Shown here piece by piece: positions 9,236 through 18,858 of a DNA stretch of 64,000 nt. The position numbers were made by a program, and so were the translations under genes. The DNA is from an uncultured Holophagae bacterium (GTDB lineage: Bacteria > Acidobacteriota > Thermoanaerobaculia > Thermoanaerobaculales > Sulfomarinibacteraceae), in the NCBI GenBank assembly GCA_963710645.1, contig CAVQBD010000009.1:1551199-1615198 (forward strand), read 5' to 3'. How positions within the stretch are numbered: the stretch's first letter is position 1; every line of letters begins with the position of its first letter. The notes under the pieces were generated by a model, which was given only the letters and a program-made list of their open reading frames with translations, was not told the DNA's origin and did no database searches.

Positions 9236-10578
9236 ATCCGTTCAGGTTTCTCGCCACCGGGGCGGATAAACCGCTGCTGGAGGATCAGGGCCTGATTGAC
9301 CGGCTGTACAAACGGCACCGATTGCGCATCATGCTGGCGATCACAATCGGATACGGCCTGGTCTACACTTGTCGTCTGGCGCTCTCGGTGGTCAAGAAAC
9401 CGCTGATCGATGGCGGCATCTTCACGCCGGAGCAGCTCGGGACAATCGGTTCCGCCCTGTTTTACACCTATGCCTTCGGAAAACTCACCAACGGGTTTCT
9501 CGCGGACCACGCCAACCTGAAATTGTTTTTTGCGGTCGGTGTGCTCGGTTCGGCGTTTCTGAACCTCGGCATGGGCTTCTCCACCGTGATGTGGGCTTCG
9601 GTGTTGCTGTGGGCCCTCAACGGCTGGTTCCAGGGATTCGGCGCACCCTCCGGTGCGGTGGCCATGGCCAGCTGGTTTTCAAACCGCGAACGGGGGAGGA
9701 TCTACGGCATCTGGAGCACCGCCCACGCCATCGGCGAGGGGCTCACCTTTGTGGGCGTGGCTGCGGTGGTGGCGATGTGGGGATGGCGTGCGGGTTTCTG
9801 GGCGCCGGGCCTGATGTGCATTTTCGTGGCCGGAGCCCTCTATCTGCTCATGCAGGATCGTCCACGCACCATGGGTTTGCCCGCAGTGGCCGACTGGAAG
9901 GATGACCACTGGAGCGGAGCGGAGGGTGCGGATGCCGAAAAGGGCACCTGGACGACCCAGCGCTCCATCCTGAAGATCCCCGCCATCTGGGTGCTCGCCC
10001 TGTCGAGCGCTTCGATCTACGTCACCCGCTATGCCATCAACAGCTGGGGCGTGTTGTATCTCCAGGAGGCCAAGGGCTACTCCCTGCTTCAGGCGGGCAG
10101 CGTCATCTCGGTCAACACCCTGGCCGGGATCATCGGTGCGGTGGCCTTCGGCTTCTCCTCGGACAAGATCTTCAAGGCGCGGCGACCGCCCACCAACGTG
10201 ATCTTCGCCGTCATCGAGCTTGTGGGTCTGGGGCTGATCTTCTTCGGTCCCAGCGGCCGTCCGGCCTTCATGACCTTCGCCTTCTTCATCTACGGCTTCG
10301 GCTTGACGGGGCTGATCACGTCGCTCGGCGGGCTCTTCGCGCTCGACATCGCGCCGAAGCGCGCCGCCGGGGCGGCCATGGGTTTCATCGGGGTCTTTTC
10401 CTACCTGGGTGCTGCGATCCAGGACCAGATCAGCGGCTACCTGATCGGCCAGGGAAGCACCATCGTGGACGGTGTGCGGTATTACGACTTCAGCAGTGTG
10501 ATCGTTTTCTGGGTTGGCTCGTCCATCGTATCGGCGGTTCTGGCGACCACCCTCTGGCGAGTCAAGTTACGGGACTGA
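9232..10578 (+). CDS. MFS transporter, organophosphate:Pi antiporter (GlpT/UhpC-like) family
   Basis: Track ORF 9001..10578 trimmed to the GTG at 9232 (GTGA overlap with the upstream stop). The product is multi-TM. The N-terminal RLRIMLAITIGYGLVYTCRLALSVVKKPL resembles OPA-family signature regions. Confidence 0.75.
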   Translation: MNPFRFLATGADKPLLEDQGLIDRLYKRHRLRIMLAITIGYGLVYTCRLALSVVKKPLIDGGIFTPEQLGTIGSALFYTYAFGKLTNGFLADHANLKLFFAVGVLGSAFLNLGMGFSTVMWASVLLWALNGWFQGFGAPSGAVAMASWFSNRERGRIYGIWSTAHAIGEGLTFVGVAAVVAMWGWRAGFWAPGLMCIFVAGALYLLMQDRPRTMGLPAVADWKDDHWSGAEGADAEKGTWTTQRSILKIPAIWVLALSSASIYVTRYAINSWGVLYLQEAKGYSLLQAGSVISVNTLAGIIGAVAFGFSSDKIFKARRPPTNVIFAVIELVGLGLIFFGPSGRPAFMTFAFFIYGFGLTGLITSLGGLFALDIAPKRAAGAAMGFIGVFSYLGAAIQDQISGYLIGQGSTIVDGVRYYDFSSVIVFWVGSSIVSAVLATTLWRVKLRD

Positions 10579-10587
10579 GGAACCTCA

Positions 10588-11541
10588 ATGAGCAACCGAC
10601 AGACGATATACGACGTTGCAGCGATCGGAAACTACACAAAGGACACGGTGGTCCACCCGGCGGGGACTCGCCAGGTCGACGGCGGAGGCGTTCGCTACGC
10701 GGCCTATGCGGCCGCCGGCCTCGGCTGTCGCGTCGCGGCCCTCACCAGGCTCGCCCACGAGGATGCCCGGGTTGTGGCTGATCTCGAGCAGGCCGGGGTC
10801 GACGTCTTCCCCGTCTTCACCTCGGATTCGACTCAGATGCGGCTCGAGTATCCCACCACCGACCCCGACCAGCGGACTCTCACGGCGGCCACCACCGCCG
10901 GGTCGTACACCGTGGAACACGTCGATTCAGTTGCGGCCCGCAGCTATCTGATCACCGCCTCCATTCGGGGCGAGGTTCCTGTGGAGGTTGTTCGCCGGCT
11001 TCGGGCGACCGGAGCCACCATCGCCCTCGACGTCCAGGGCTTTGTCCGCATCCGCCAGCCCGACGGGAGACTCGTGCACGCAGAGTGGCCTGACGCGTCC
11101 CTCGTACTTTCAATGGTGGACATCCTCAAGACCGATGCTGTGGAAGCCGAGTCGCTGACCGGTGAGTCGGACCCGGAAATCGCGGCGCGGCAGCTGGCCG
11201 AGCTGGGCCCGACCGAGGTGCTCGTCACCCATCGGGACGGGCTGCTCGTGCTCGCCGACGGCACGATTCATGAAGCTCGATTCCATCCCAAGGAAATGGT
11301 GGGCCGCAGTGGACGCGGCGACACCTGTCTGGGGTCGTACACCGCGGCGAGACTGGGCGTTGAGCCCGCGGAGGCCACCATCTGGGCGGCCGCGATCACC
11401 AGCCTCAAGATGGAGTCGGACGGTCCATTCCACCGAGGGATCGCCGAGGTGGAGGATCTTCTGCAACGAGAGTACGGACTGGTTCCGGGTGGACCCCCGG
11501 TTCCTGCCCCAATACCAACGGGGAACAATGCCGGGGCGTGA
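10588..11541 (+). CDS. PfkB-family carbohydrate kinase
   Basis: 317 aa. PfkB C-terminal signature region GRSGRGDTCLGSY. Occupies the same position as the kinase in Thermotoga-type iol clusters. Confidence 0.8.
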   Translation: MSNRQTIYDVAAIGNYTKDTVVHPAGTRQVDGGGVRYAAYAAAGLGCRVAALTRLAHEDARVVADLEQAGVDVFPVFTSDSTQMRLEYPTTDPDQRTLTAATTAGSYTVEHVDSVAARSYLITASIRGEVPVEVVRRLRATGATIALDVQGFVRIRQPDGRLVHAEWPDASLVLSMVDILKTDAVEAESLTGESDPEIAARQLAELGPTEVLVTHRDGLLVLADGTIHEARFHPKEMVGRSGRGDTCLGSYTAARLGVEPAEATIWAAAITSLKMESDGPFHRGIAEVEDLLQREYGLVPGGPPVPAPIPTGNNAGA

Positions 11542-11574
11542 ATCCCCGAGCTGACGAAATGGAGGAAGAAGTCC

Positions 11575-12732
11575 ATGAAAGGTATGGTTCTTGACGCGAA
11601 GTGGGATCCCAAGGCGGACTACACGGTATCGGATTGGGAGAAGGAGACGGGGAAGGCCATCACGGGAAACGCCATCTGGAGAAATCCGACGCTCGAGGTG
11701 CGTGACTGGCCCGATCCCGAACCGGGACCACAGGAGGTCGTGCTCGCGATCCAGGCCTGTGGTGTCTGCGGTTCGGATATGCACTTCTATGAGACCGATG
11801 ACCAGGACTACATCCTGTATCCCGGACTGACCAAATTTCCGACCATCCTCGGCCACGAGTTCTCGGGCAAGGTGGTGGCGACCGGGAAAGACGTCAAGCT
11901 TCTCAAGATCGGCGACATGGTGACCGTGGAGGAGATGATCTGGTGCGGCCGTTGTATTCCGTGTCGCAACGGATATCCCAACCACTGCAGCAATCTGGAA
12001 GAGATCGGTTTCACGATTCCGGGTGCGTTCGCGAATTTTATCGCCGTGGACGAAAAATTCTGTTGGAAGATCGACGCCATCGCCGAACGGTACGGTAGCG
12101 AAGAAAAGGCCTATGCCGTGGGTGCACTCACCGAGCCCACCTGCGTCGCATACAACGCCATGATCGAACGGGCCGGCGGATTCCGTCCCGGCCACTATGT
12201 GAACGTGGTTGGTGCGGGTCCCATCGGGCTCGCGGCCATCGGGATCGCCAAGGCGGCCGGTGCCGGCATCATCGCGGCATTCGAGGTTTCCCCGAAACGG
12301 CGCGAGCTGGCCAAGCTGGTGGGCGCGGATTACGTCTACGACCCTCGAGAGGTCAGCACCGGTGAGGTGCTGATGGAGCTCAGCGGCGGCGCGGGCTTCG
12401 ATTTTCACGTCGAGGCCGCAGGGGTCCCGGAGATCGCGATTCCCGAGATGGAGAAGGCGCTGGCCATCAACAGCAAGATCGTCCAGATCGGTCGTGCGGC
12501 CAAGCGAGTGCCGACCTATTTCGAGGCCTTCCAGGTCCGCCGCGCCCAGGCGTACGGGGCGCAAGGGCACTCGGGTCACGAGACCTTCCCCAACGTCATC
12601 CGCATGGTGGCCTCGGGGCGTCTCGATCTCAGCCCCATCATCACGGCGCACTACGGTCTTGACCAGACCGTCGCCGCCATCGCGAAATCGGTGGAACGGT
12701 CCGACGGCAAAATCATGGTGAACCCGAACTAG
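11575..12732 (+). CDS. iolM: Zn-dependent MDR alcohol dehydrogenase, scyllo-inosose 3-dehydrogenase (IolM)-like
   Basis: 385 aa. CGVCGSDMHFYE Zn-ligand region, GHEFSGKVV, GAGPIGLAA Rossmann. The iolM assignment rests on gene context and my recollection of the T. maritima pathway. Confidence 0.6.
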   Translation: MKGMVLDAKWDPKADYTVSDWEKETGKAITGNAIWRNPTLEVRDWPDPEPGPQEVVLAIQACGVCGSDMHFYETDDQDYILYPGLTKFPTILGHEFSGKVVATGKDVKLLKIGDMVTVEEMIWCGRCIPCRNGYPNHCSNLEEIGFTIPGAFANFIAVDEKFCWKIDAIAERYGSEEKAYAVGALTEPTCVAYNAMIERAGGFRPGHYVNVVGAGPIGLAAIGIAKAAGAGIIAAFEVSPKRRELAKLVGADYVYDPREVSTGEVLMELSGGAGFDFHVEAAGVPEIAIPEMEKALAINSKIVQIGRAAKRVPTYFEAFQVRRAQAYGAQGHSGHETFPNVIRMVASGRLDLSPIITAHYGLDQTVAAIAKSVERSDGKIMVNPN

Positions 12733-12762
12733 TCACCGAGACGAGGAATCCGGGAGTCGAGT

Positions 12763-13803
12763 ATGGACGAGTTGCGTGTCGCAGTCGTTGGCGTGGGTCG
12801 CATCGGGCTGACCCATGCCGAGCACCTGGCCCGGCGGGTGCGCGGTGCGCGGCTCGTCGCTGTCACCACGTCACGGGCTGACCGCACCGACGCAGTTCGA
12901 GCGGTCTGCTCAGACGTGGCGGTCTACCCTACCACCGAGTCCATGCTGAAGAACGAGGGCCTCGACGCGGTGGTCATCGCCAGCAGTACGTCGGCCCATG
13001 TGGACAACGTCGTGCAGTGCTCGGAAGCCGGGCTGCACATTCTGTGCGAGAAGCCCCTGTCCCTCGATCTCGATGGCTGCGACCGAGCGGTGTCGGCCGC
13101 CGATGCCGCAGGCGTGAAACTGATGATCGGTCACGTCCGCCAGTTCGATTCCGGCAACCTCGAAGCCAAGAAATTGATCGACGGGGGCGCCATTGGCCGA
13201 CCGGTGCTCTACCGGTCCATCAGCGGTGATATGGACCCGCCGCCGGCCAGCTTCGCCGACCTCGGCGTCAGTGGTGGTCTGATCCTGGACTCCATGTACC
13301 ACGACATCTACCTCGGACGCTGGCTCATGGACGACGAGGTGGTCCGTGTTTTCGGCGAAGGTGGTGCCCTGATAGATGACGGTGTGCGGTCGGTGGGAGA
13401 CGTGGACAATGCGGTGGTCAGCCTCCGGTTCGAAGGCGGTTCCATGGGGACCCTCACCGCCAGCCGAGTCACCAGGTACGGCCATGATGTGCGAGGCGAA
13501 GTGATCGGCGACGAAGGAGCGGTCCAGATCGGCCGTTATCGCCACACTCCGGTGCGGCTCATGGACCGCCATGGCATCCATCACGACATGGCCCACACCA
13601 CACCCGAGAGGATGGGTGAGGCCTTCGTCACCATGTTGCAGGCCTTTGTGGATTGCATCGTCGACGACACCCCACCTCCGGTCAACGGCCGGGACGGGGC
13701 GGCGACGCTGACGGTGGCCCTTGCAGGTCGCCGGTCGATCCAGACCGGCCAACCGGTCGAGGTTGAAACAAAAACAAGGCCGTCATCTGGCGGCAAAACA
13801 TAG
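12763..13803 (+). CDS. Gfo/Idh/MocA-family oxidoreductase, inositol dehydrogenase-like (paralog 3)
   Basis: 346 aa. VAVVGVGRIGLTHA and ILCEKPLS. Confidence 0.8.
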   Translation: MDELRVAVVGVGRIGLTHAEHLARRVRGARLVAVTTSRADRTDAVRAVCSDVAVYPTTESMLKNEGLDAVVIASSTSAHVDNVVQCSEAGLHILCEKPLSLDLDGCDRAVSAADAAGVKLMIGHVRQFDSGNLEAKKLIDGGAIGRPVLYRSISGDMDPPPASFADLGVSGGLILDSMYHDIYLGRWLMDDEVVRVFGEGGALIDDGVRSVGDVDNAVVSLRFEGGSMGTLTASRVTRYGHDVRGEVIGDEGAVQIGRYRHTPVRLMDRHGIHHDMAHTTPERMGEAFVTMLQAFVDCIVDDTPPPVNGRDGAATLTVALAGRRSIQTGQPVEVETKTRPSSGGKT

Positions 13804-13836
13804 AGCTCTCGAAAGAAGCGAGAGAAGGAGCATCAC

Positions 13837-14961
13837 ATGGCAAACGCCCCAGAAGATCCACGGTTGCTGGCCACCGATCAGCCGGATCTGTTCTTCGAGG
13901 ACAACACGGTTGGACGGTGCAAGAAAGAAGTTTGGGACGCGAGCGACGCGGAGATCGACCAGATCCTCGCCGATTACGGGATTCCGTCCCCCTGCGAGTG
14001 GGGCAAGGCCGGGTCCTATATCCAGACCACGGTGCGCCACCAGGTCGAGGCCGAGCGTCGGAAAAACGACATCGTCTTCATCCCCATAGGCTGCACCGAG
14101 CTCCACGGCCGCCACCTCCCGAGCGCCTCTGACACCCTCTATGTCAGTCAGATCCTCGAGGGTGTGCGACGTTTCACCGCCAAGAGCGGGGCTCCGGCGA
14201 GTCTCGCGCTGCCGCCGCTCAACTACGGCTCCCACCCCTATCATCATCTGGGAATGCCGGGCACGGTCATCATCCGCGAGAACATCGCCCGCGAGTTCCT
14301 CATGGATGTCATGCTGGGCCTCTGGAACGACGGTTTCCGAAAGCAGATCCTGATCAACAACCACGGTCATCTGTGGATGCTCGAGTCGGCCATCCAGCAG
14401 TTCCAGAAGCGCTACCAGCTGCCGGGCGTCTTCCGCGTCATCGACTGGCACCGGGCGGTCCGCGAGTTCTTCCGGACCGAGCCCAAGGGCGGCAAGATGG
14501 ACACCAATTTCGTCCACGCCGACGAGTCGGAGACGTCACTCGGTCTGCTGCTCCATCCCGATATGGTGGATATGGACTATGCGGTGGACACCGAGGGCAT
14601 AGGCTACCTGCCGGATGGGCACTTCGACAAGTCGGTGGATCCCTTCAGCCGGCCGAGCCGCTGGTCCGAGGGAGAGGGCCACTTCGCCATCGAGATCGCC
14701 GCGACTCCCGAGGGGGTGGTCGGTAAGGCCACCCGGGGCACCGCCGAAAAGGCCAAACGACCGGTCGCCGCAATCCTCAAGTATCTGACCCTGCTCAACG
14801 ACCAGATCCTCGAAGCCTTTCCGGCGGGCACCGTGCCACCGGTGGAGATGGTCACCCTCCGCACCGAGGCCGAGATGGAGCCCTATCTCCGCGAGCCCTT
14901 GAGTGATGGATGGAAGCCGGTCTATCAGCTGCCGCGGATCGGTCAGGGATCAAACTCGTAG
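13837..14961 (+). CDS. iolN: Creatininase-superfamily hydrolase, 3-dehydro-scyllo-inosose hydrolase (IolN)-like
   Basis: 374 aa. Creatininase-family motifs IPIGCTELHGRHLP and HADESETS. The iolN call is by context. Confidence 0.6.
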   Translation: MANAPEDPRLLATDQPDLFFEDNTVGRCKKEVWDASDAEIDQILADYGIPSPCEWGKAGSYIQTTVRHQVEAERRKNDIVFIPIGCTELHGRHLPSASDTLYVSQILEGVRRFTAKSGAPASLALPPLNYGSHPYHHLGMPGTVIIRENIAREFLMDVMLGLWNDGFRKQILINNHGHLWMLESAIQQFQKRYQLPGVFRVIDWHRAVREFFRTEPKGGKMDTNFVHADESETSLGLLLHPDMVDMDYAVDTEGIGYLPDGHFDKSVDPFSRPSRWSEGEGHFAIEIAATPEGVVGKATRGTAEKAKRPVAAILKYLTLLNDQILEAFPAGTVPPVEMVTLRTEAEMEPYLREPLSDGWKPVYQLPRIGQGSNS

Positions 14962-14971
14962 GACAACTACG

Positions 14972-15775
14972 ATGAAACTCAGCGTCGTGCTGTCAACCCA
15001 CGCCGCCGCCTTCCAGGCGGTGGCATTCAAGGGCGATTTCGAGGCCAACGTGGCCAAGATCGCCGGTTGGGGTTATGACGGTGTCGAACTCGCCGTGCGG
15101 GATCCAAATTTGGTGAACGCCGGCGAGCTCGAACGCGTCATCACCTCGCAGAATCTGGTCGTGCCCGCCATTGGCACCGGTCAGGCGTGGGGCGAGGAAG
15201 GACTTTCGTTCACCAGTGACGATGGGACGGTTCGGGCCGCAGCCATCGACCGAATCATCAGCCATATCCCGTTGGCCGAGCACCTGGACGCCATCGTGAT
15301 CTTGGGCCTGATTCGCGGTGTCACACCGGAGGGTCAGACCCACGATCAATCCATGGCCCACCTGGTGGAGGCCATCCGCGAATGCGCCGTGGCCGCCGAG
15401 GGGACCGGGGTGCGATTCGCATTGGAGCCAATGAACCGCTACGAAACTGACCTCATTCACTCGGCGGCGCAAGGGCTGGATCTGGTGGAGAGGGTGGGTC
15501 GAGACAACTTTGGATTGTTGCTCGACACCTTTCACATGAATATCGAGGAGCCCTCCATCGAGGAGAGCATCCGACTCTGCGGCGAGCGGATCTTCCATTT
15601 TCACGTGGCGGACTCGAACCGCTGGTACCCCGGAGCCGGGCATCTCGATTTCTCCTCGATTCTGCAGACTCTTGCCGAAACGGGCTTCGGCGGCTTTGTA
15701 TCCGGTGAATTCATGCCGCTGCCCGACGCCGATTCATCAGCCCAACGCGGCATTGCTCACTTGAGGAGCCTGTGA
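14972..15775 (+). CDS. iolO: Xylose-isomerase-like TIM-barrel sugar(-phosphate) isomerase/epimerase, 5-keto-L-gluconate epimerase (IolO)-like
   Basis: Track ORF 14903..15775 trimmed to the ATG at 14972 (MKLSVVLSTHA), 10 nt after the upstream stop. FALEPMNRYET and LLDTFHMNIEE are typical AP-endonuclease-2/TIM-barrel metal-site blocks. Confidence 0.65.
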   Translation: MKLSVVLSTHAAAFQAVAFKGDFEANVAKIAGWGYDGVELAVRDPNLVNAGELERVITSQNLVVPAIGTGQAWGEEGLSFTSDDGTVRAAAIDRIISHIPLAEHLDAIVILGLIRGVTPEGQTHDQSMAHLVEAIRECAVAAEGTGVRFALEPMNRYETDLIHSAAQGLDLVERVGRDNFGLLLDTFHMNIEEPSIEESIRLCGERIFHFHVADSNRWYPGAGHLDFSSILQTLAETGFGGFVSGEFMPLPDADSSAQRGIAHLRSL

Positions 15776-15814
15776 CACACGGACTGTGGGCGGCCGGCTG
15801 AACGGAGACAGTCT

Positions 15815-17290
15815 ATGAACCCGTTGGCGACTCTCGCAGGGGTGGACGATCTCGAAGTCGCACCCAGCTCCATTGTCGAGGCACAGGGCACAACCTACGC
15901 TCTGGCGACGCGCGACAACTCGAAATTCGTGGTGGTCCTCGGCGATTCGAGCGGTTTCGAGGGAGAAGATCACCGACCGGGCGGTGTACGTCTGTCTCCG
16001 GTGAGTCCATCCACACTGTCCGGGCTTCGGATGCGTCTGCCGTGGCTGCTGCCGGTTCCATTGGGGCTTCGCACCTCATTTGGTTTCGGTGACAGGCTCG
16101 GGCTCGCTACACCCGGGCACATCCGGTCCCTCCGGTCTCTCCGTGGAGCAACCCACGGCATCGCGCCCATCTTCGCCCAACAGTCGGTTCGGGAGAATTT
16201 TCGCACCGGCCGCACTCCCCGACAGGTGATGGACGATGCCGCCTGGGCGGTCTTCGAGCACGGTTGGCGCGACCCGTGGGGTGCCGATGCCGACCATCTC
16301 AAGACACCGGACGACGCCTCGAAATTCGCAGCCGCCGGCTTCACCTTCTTTACCATTGATCCGGGCGAGCATGTGGATGACGATGTGGACGCGGCCAATT
16401 TGGAGGCCAAGGTTCGAGGCCTGCCGTGGAGCTCCCTCGAGGACACCGTGGAGGATTTCGAAAGACGGTTCCTGTCTTCCCCCTTCGACCTCGAGGGCAC
16501 CTCGGTGCCATTCGACCGGGCATCGCTGTGGGGAGCCGCCGCAAAGTATGGCCGTGCTGTTGCGCACACGGCTGAGATGTATCGCCACATCGCTGCGATC
16601 ATGGAGGACCGGCCTTTCGAACTCGAGGTTTCGGTGGACGAGACCGACAGTCCGACCAGCGTGCCGGAACACATCTACATCGCGAGCGAACTGCGGCGGC
16701 TGGGGGTGCGCTGGGTGAGTCTGGCGCCCCGGTTCGTGGGACGGTTTGAAAAGGGTGTCGACTACATAGGCGACCTCGAGGAGTTCTCACGACAATTCGC
16801 TAAGCACGCTGCCGTCGCTCGCCAATTGGGACCATACAAGCTGAGCCTGCACTCTGGATCGGACAAGTTCAGCATCTACCCGGTTGCCAGTCGGCTGACC
16901 CGTCACGGTGCGAGGTCCCCCGGTCCGCTGGTCCACGTCAAGACCGCGGGAACCAGCTTCTTGGAGGCCCTGCGGGCCGTCGCCCGTGTCGATCCGGATC
17001 TGTTTCGGAGCGTCCTCGCCCTGGCGAAGGAGCGATACGAAAAGGACAAGCTGACCTACCACGTGTCGGCTGATCTTGCTCGGGTGGCCTCGCCCGAGGA
17101 CCTCGACGATTCGGAGCTCGAGGGTCTGCTCGAGCAGTTTGATGCTCGAGAGGTACTCCACGTGACCTTTGGATCCGCGCTGGATCGGTATGGCGATCCA
17201 ATCCGCGCGACCCTCGTGGAAAACAAGCAGGCGTATTCCGATGTGCTCACCTCGCACTTCGCCAAACACCTCGCGGATTTTGTGGATTGA
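15815..17290 (+). CDS. uxaE: Tagaturonate/fructuronate epimerase (UxaE)-like protein
   Basis: 491 aa. The size and the blocks SFGFGDRLGLATPGH and GADADHLK match my recollection of the UxaE family. Lies directly downstream of the IolO-like gene. Confidence 0.5.
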   Translation: MNPLATLAGVDDLEVAPSSIVEAQGTTYALATRDNSKFVVVLGDSSGFEGEDHRPGGVRLSPVSPSTLSGLRMRLPWLLPVPLGLRTSFGFGDRLGLATPGHIRSLRSLRGATHGIAPIFAQQSVRENFRTGRTPRQVMDDAAWAVFEHGWRDPWGADADHLKTPDDASKFAAAGFTFFTIDPGEHVDDDVDAANLEAKVRGLPWSSLEDTVEDFERRFLSSPFDLEGTSVPFDRASLWGAAAKYGRAVAHTAEMYRHIAAIMEDRPFELEVSVDETDSPTSVPEHIYIASELRRLGVRWVSLAPRFVGRFEKGVDYIGDLEEFSRQFAKHAAVARQLGPYKLSLHSGSDKFSIYPVASRLTRHGARSPGPLVHVKTAGTSFLEALRAVARVDPDLFRSVLALAKERYEKDKLTYHVSADLARVASPEDLDDSELEGLLEQFDAREVLHVTFGSALDRYGDPIRATLVENKQAYSDVLTSHFAKHLADFVD

Positions 17291-17394
17291 GGAGGATTTC
17301 GAGATGTGTCGCCCGATGCGCCGTGGGCCGTTTTATGGATCTCCGGCCGTTGGGCCTTTGTGATCGCTGAATTTCCCTGACCCCGGGGGACGAT

Positions 17395-18699
17395 ATGACC
17401 ATTGGAACGAGCAGCACAGCCCGCCCCCTCACCCAAAGCGAGGTTCGCGGCATCATGGCCGAAGCTCTAGACCATCTCGAGCTGGATGGTCAGCGGATAT
17501 TGGTCATCATTCCCGATGGGACCCGTACCGCGCCCATCCCCCTCATGAGGCGTCTGTTCAGTGAGTTGCTTGGTTCACGGGTCGAAAAAATCGACTACCT
17601 TGTGGCCCTCGGAACCCACCCACCCATGGACGACGGCGCCCTGTCCCGTCTACTGGGCACCAAGGTGCTCGACGGCAAGGCTGGATCTTCGAGGGTCTTC
17701 AACCATCGATGGGATGTGGAAGAGACCTTTGTCACCCTGGGCACGGTGCCCGCCGCCGAGGTGGCTGCAGCCAGCGGCGGCCGACTCGAGCTCGACATTC
17801 CGGTGCGCCTCAATCGGTTGGTGGGCGAGCCGGACGGTTCGAGCCCCTATGATTTGATCGTGGTCTGCGGCCCGGTATTCCCCCATGAGGTCGCGGGATT
17901 TTCCGGCGGAAACAAGTACTTCGTGCCCGGGGTCGCGGGCCCCGAGATCATCAACGTGACCCACTGGATCGGGGCCCTGGTCACCAGCCGCGAGATCATT
18001 GGCGTCGCCGACACCCCGGTGCGGCGGCTGATCGATCGCGCGGCGTCCCATGTTGCAACCCCCACCCTGTTGGTGGCCATGGTGCTCGAGGGCACATCGC
18101 TCCACGGGCTCTTCGTCGGTGGGATGGAGGAGACCTGGCGTGCTGCCGCGAGGTTGTCGGCCGAGCTGGACATCGAATGGGTCGACAAGCCCTTTGAAAG
18201 GGTGCTGTCCATGGTGCCCGAGATGTATGACGATCTGTGGACCGGCGCCAAGGGTATGTACAAGCTCGAACCCGCCATCGCCGATGGCGGCGAGGTGGTG
18301 GTCTACGCGCCGCACATCACCGAGGTCTCTTATGTCCACGGGCGGTGGCTGGACGAGATCGGTTACCACGTCCGAGATTACTTCGTCGAACAGTGGCATC
18401 GATTTATGCATGTGCCCTGGGGCGTGATCGCCCACTCCACCCATCTCCGGGGCGACGGCAGCTTCATCGACGGCGTCGAGCGGCCACGGATCCGGGTGAC
18501 TCTGGCCACCGGAATCCCGCGGGAGCGCTGCGAGTCCATCGGTCTCGGCTACCTGGACCCCGCGACGGTGGACCCGGAGGAATGGGCCGGGCGGGAGGAG
18601 GAGGGCGTGATGCTGGTTCGAAGGGCCGGCGAACGGCTGTACCGACTGAAAGAGGAGATCCCGGCGACGAGACTTTCCAGTTCACAGGAGGGGAACTGA
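17395..18699 (+). CDS. LarA-family (nickel-pincer-cofactor dependent) 2-hydroxyacid racemase/epimerase homolog
   Basis: 434 aa. DUF2088/LarA N-terminal pattern ILVIIPDGTRTAP. FPHEVAGFSGGNKYFVPG carries the His and the Lys that tethers the cofactor in LarA. Confidence 0.75.
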   Translation: MTIGTSSTARPLTQSEVRGIMAEALDHLELDGQRILVIIPDGTRTAPIPLMRRLFSELLGSRVEKIDYLVALGTHPPMDDGALSRLLGTKVLDGKAGSSRVFNHRWDVEETFVTLGTVPAAEVAAASGGRLELDIPVRLNRLVGEPDGSSPYDLIVVCGPVFPHEVAGFSGGNKYFVPGVAGPEIINVTHWIGALVTSREIIGVADTPVRRLIDRAASHVATPTLLVAMVLEGTSLHGLFVGGMEETWRAAARLSAELDIEWVDKPFERVLSMVPEMYDDLWTGAKGMYKLEPAIADGGEVVVYAPHITEVSYVHGRWLDEIGYHVRDYFVEQWHRFMHVPWGVIAHSTHLRGDGSFIDGVERPRIRVTLATGIPRERCESIGLGYLDPATVDPEEWAGREEEGVMLVRRAGERLYRLKEEIPATRLSSSQEGN

Positions 18700-18730
18700 C
18701 AGGCCGGCACGGACCTATCAGGCCTGAGGA

Positions 18731-18772
18731 AGAAAATGAGAAATGAGAAATGAAAAATGAAGGACGTGAAAA
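18731..18772. repeat. Heptamer-periodic tandem array (AGAAAAT GAGAAAT GAGAAAT GAAAAAT ...)
   Basis: About 6 units of 7 nt, read directly, in the 159-bp gap between the LarA-like gene and phoD. Confidence 0.8.
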
Positions 18773-18858
18773 TCGAGACTCGGATTTCGGGACTCGTAAA
18801 TGTCTGATAACGAGAATGTGGTGGTGGCCAATGAGCCATCACCTGTGGAAGGTTTGAC

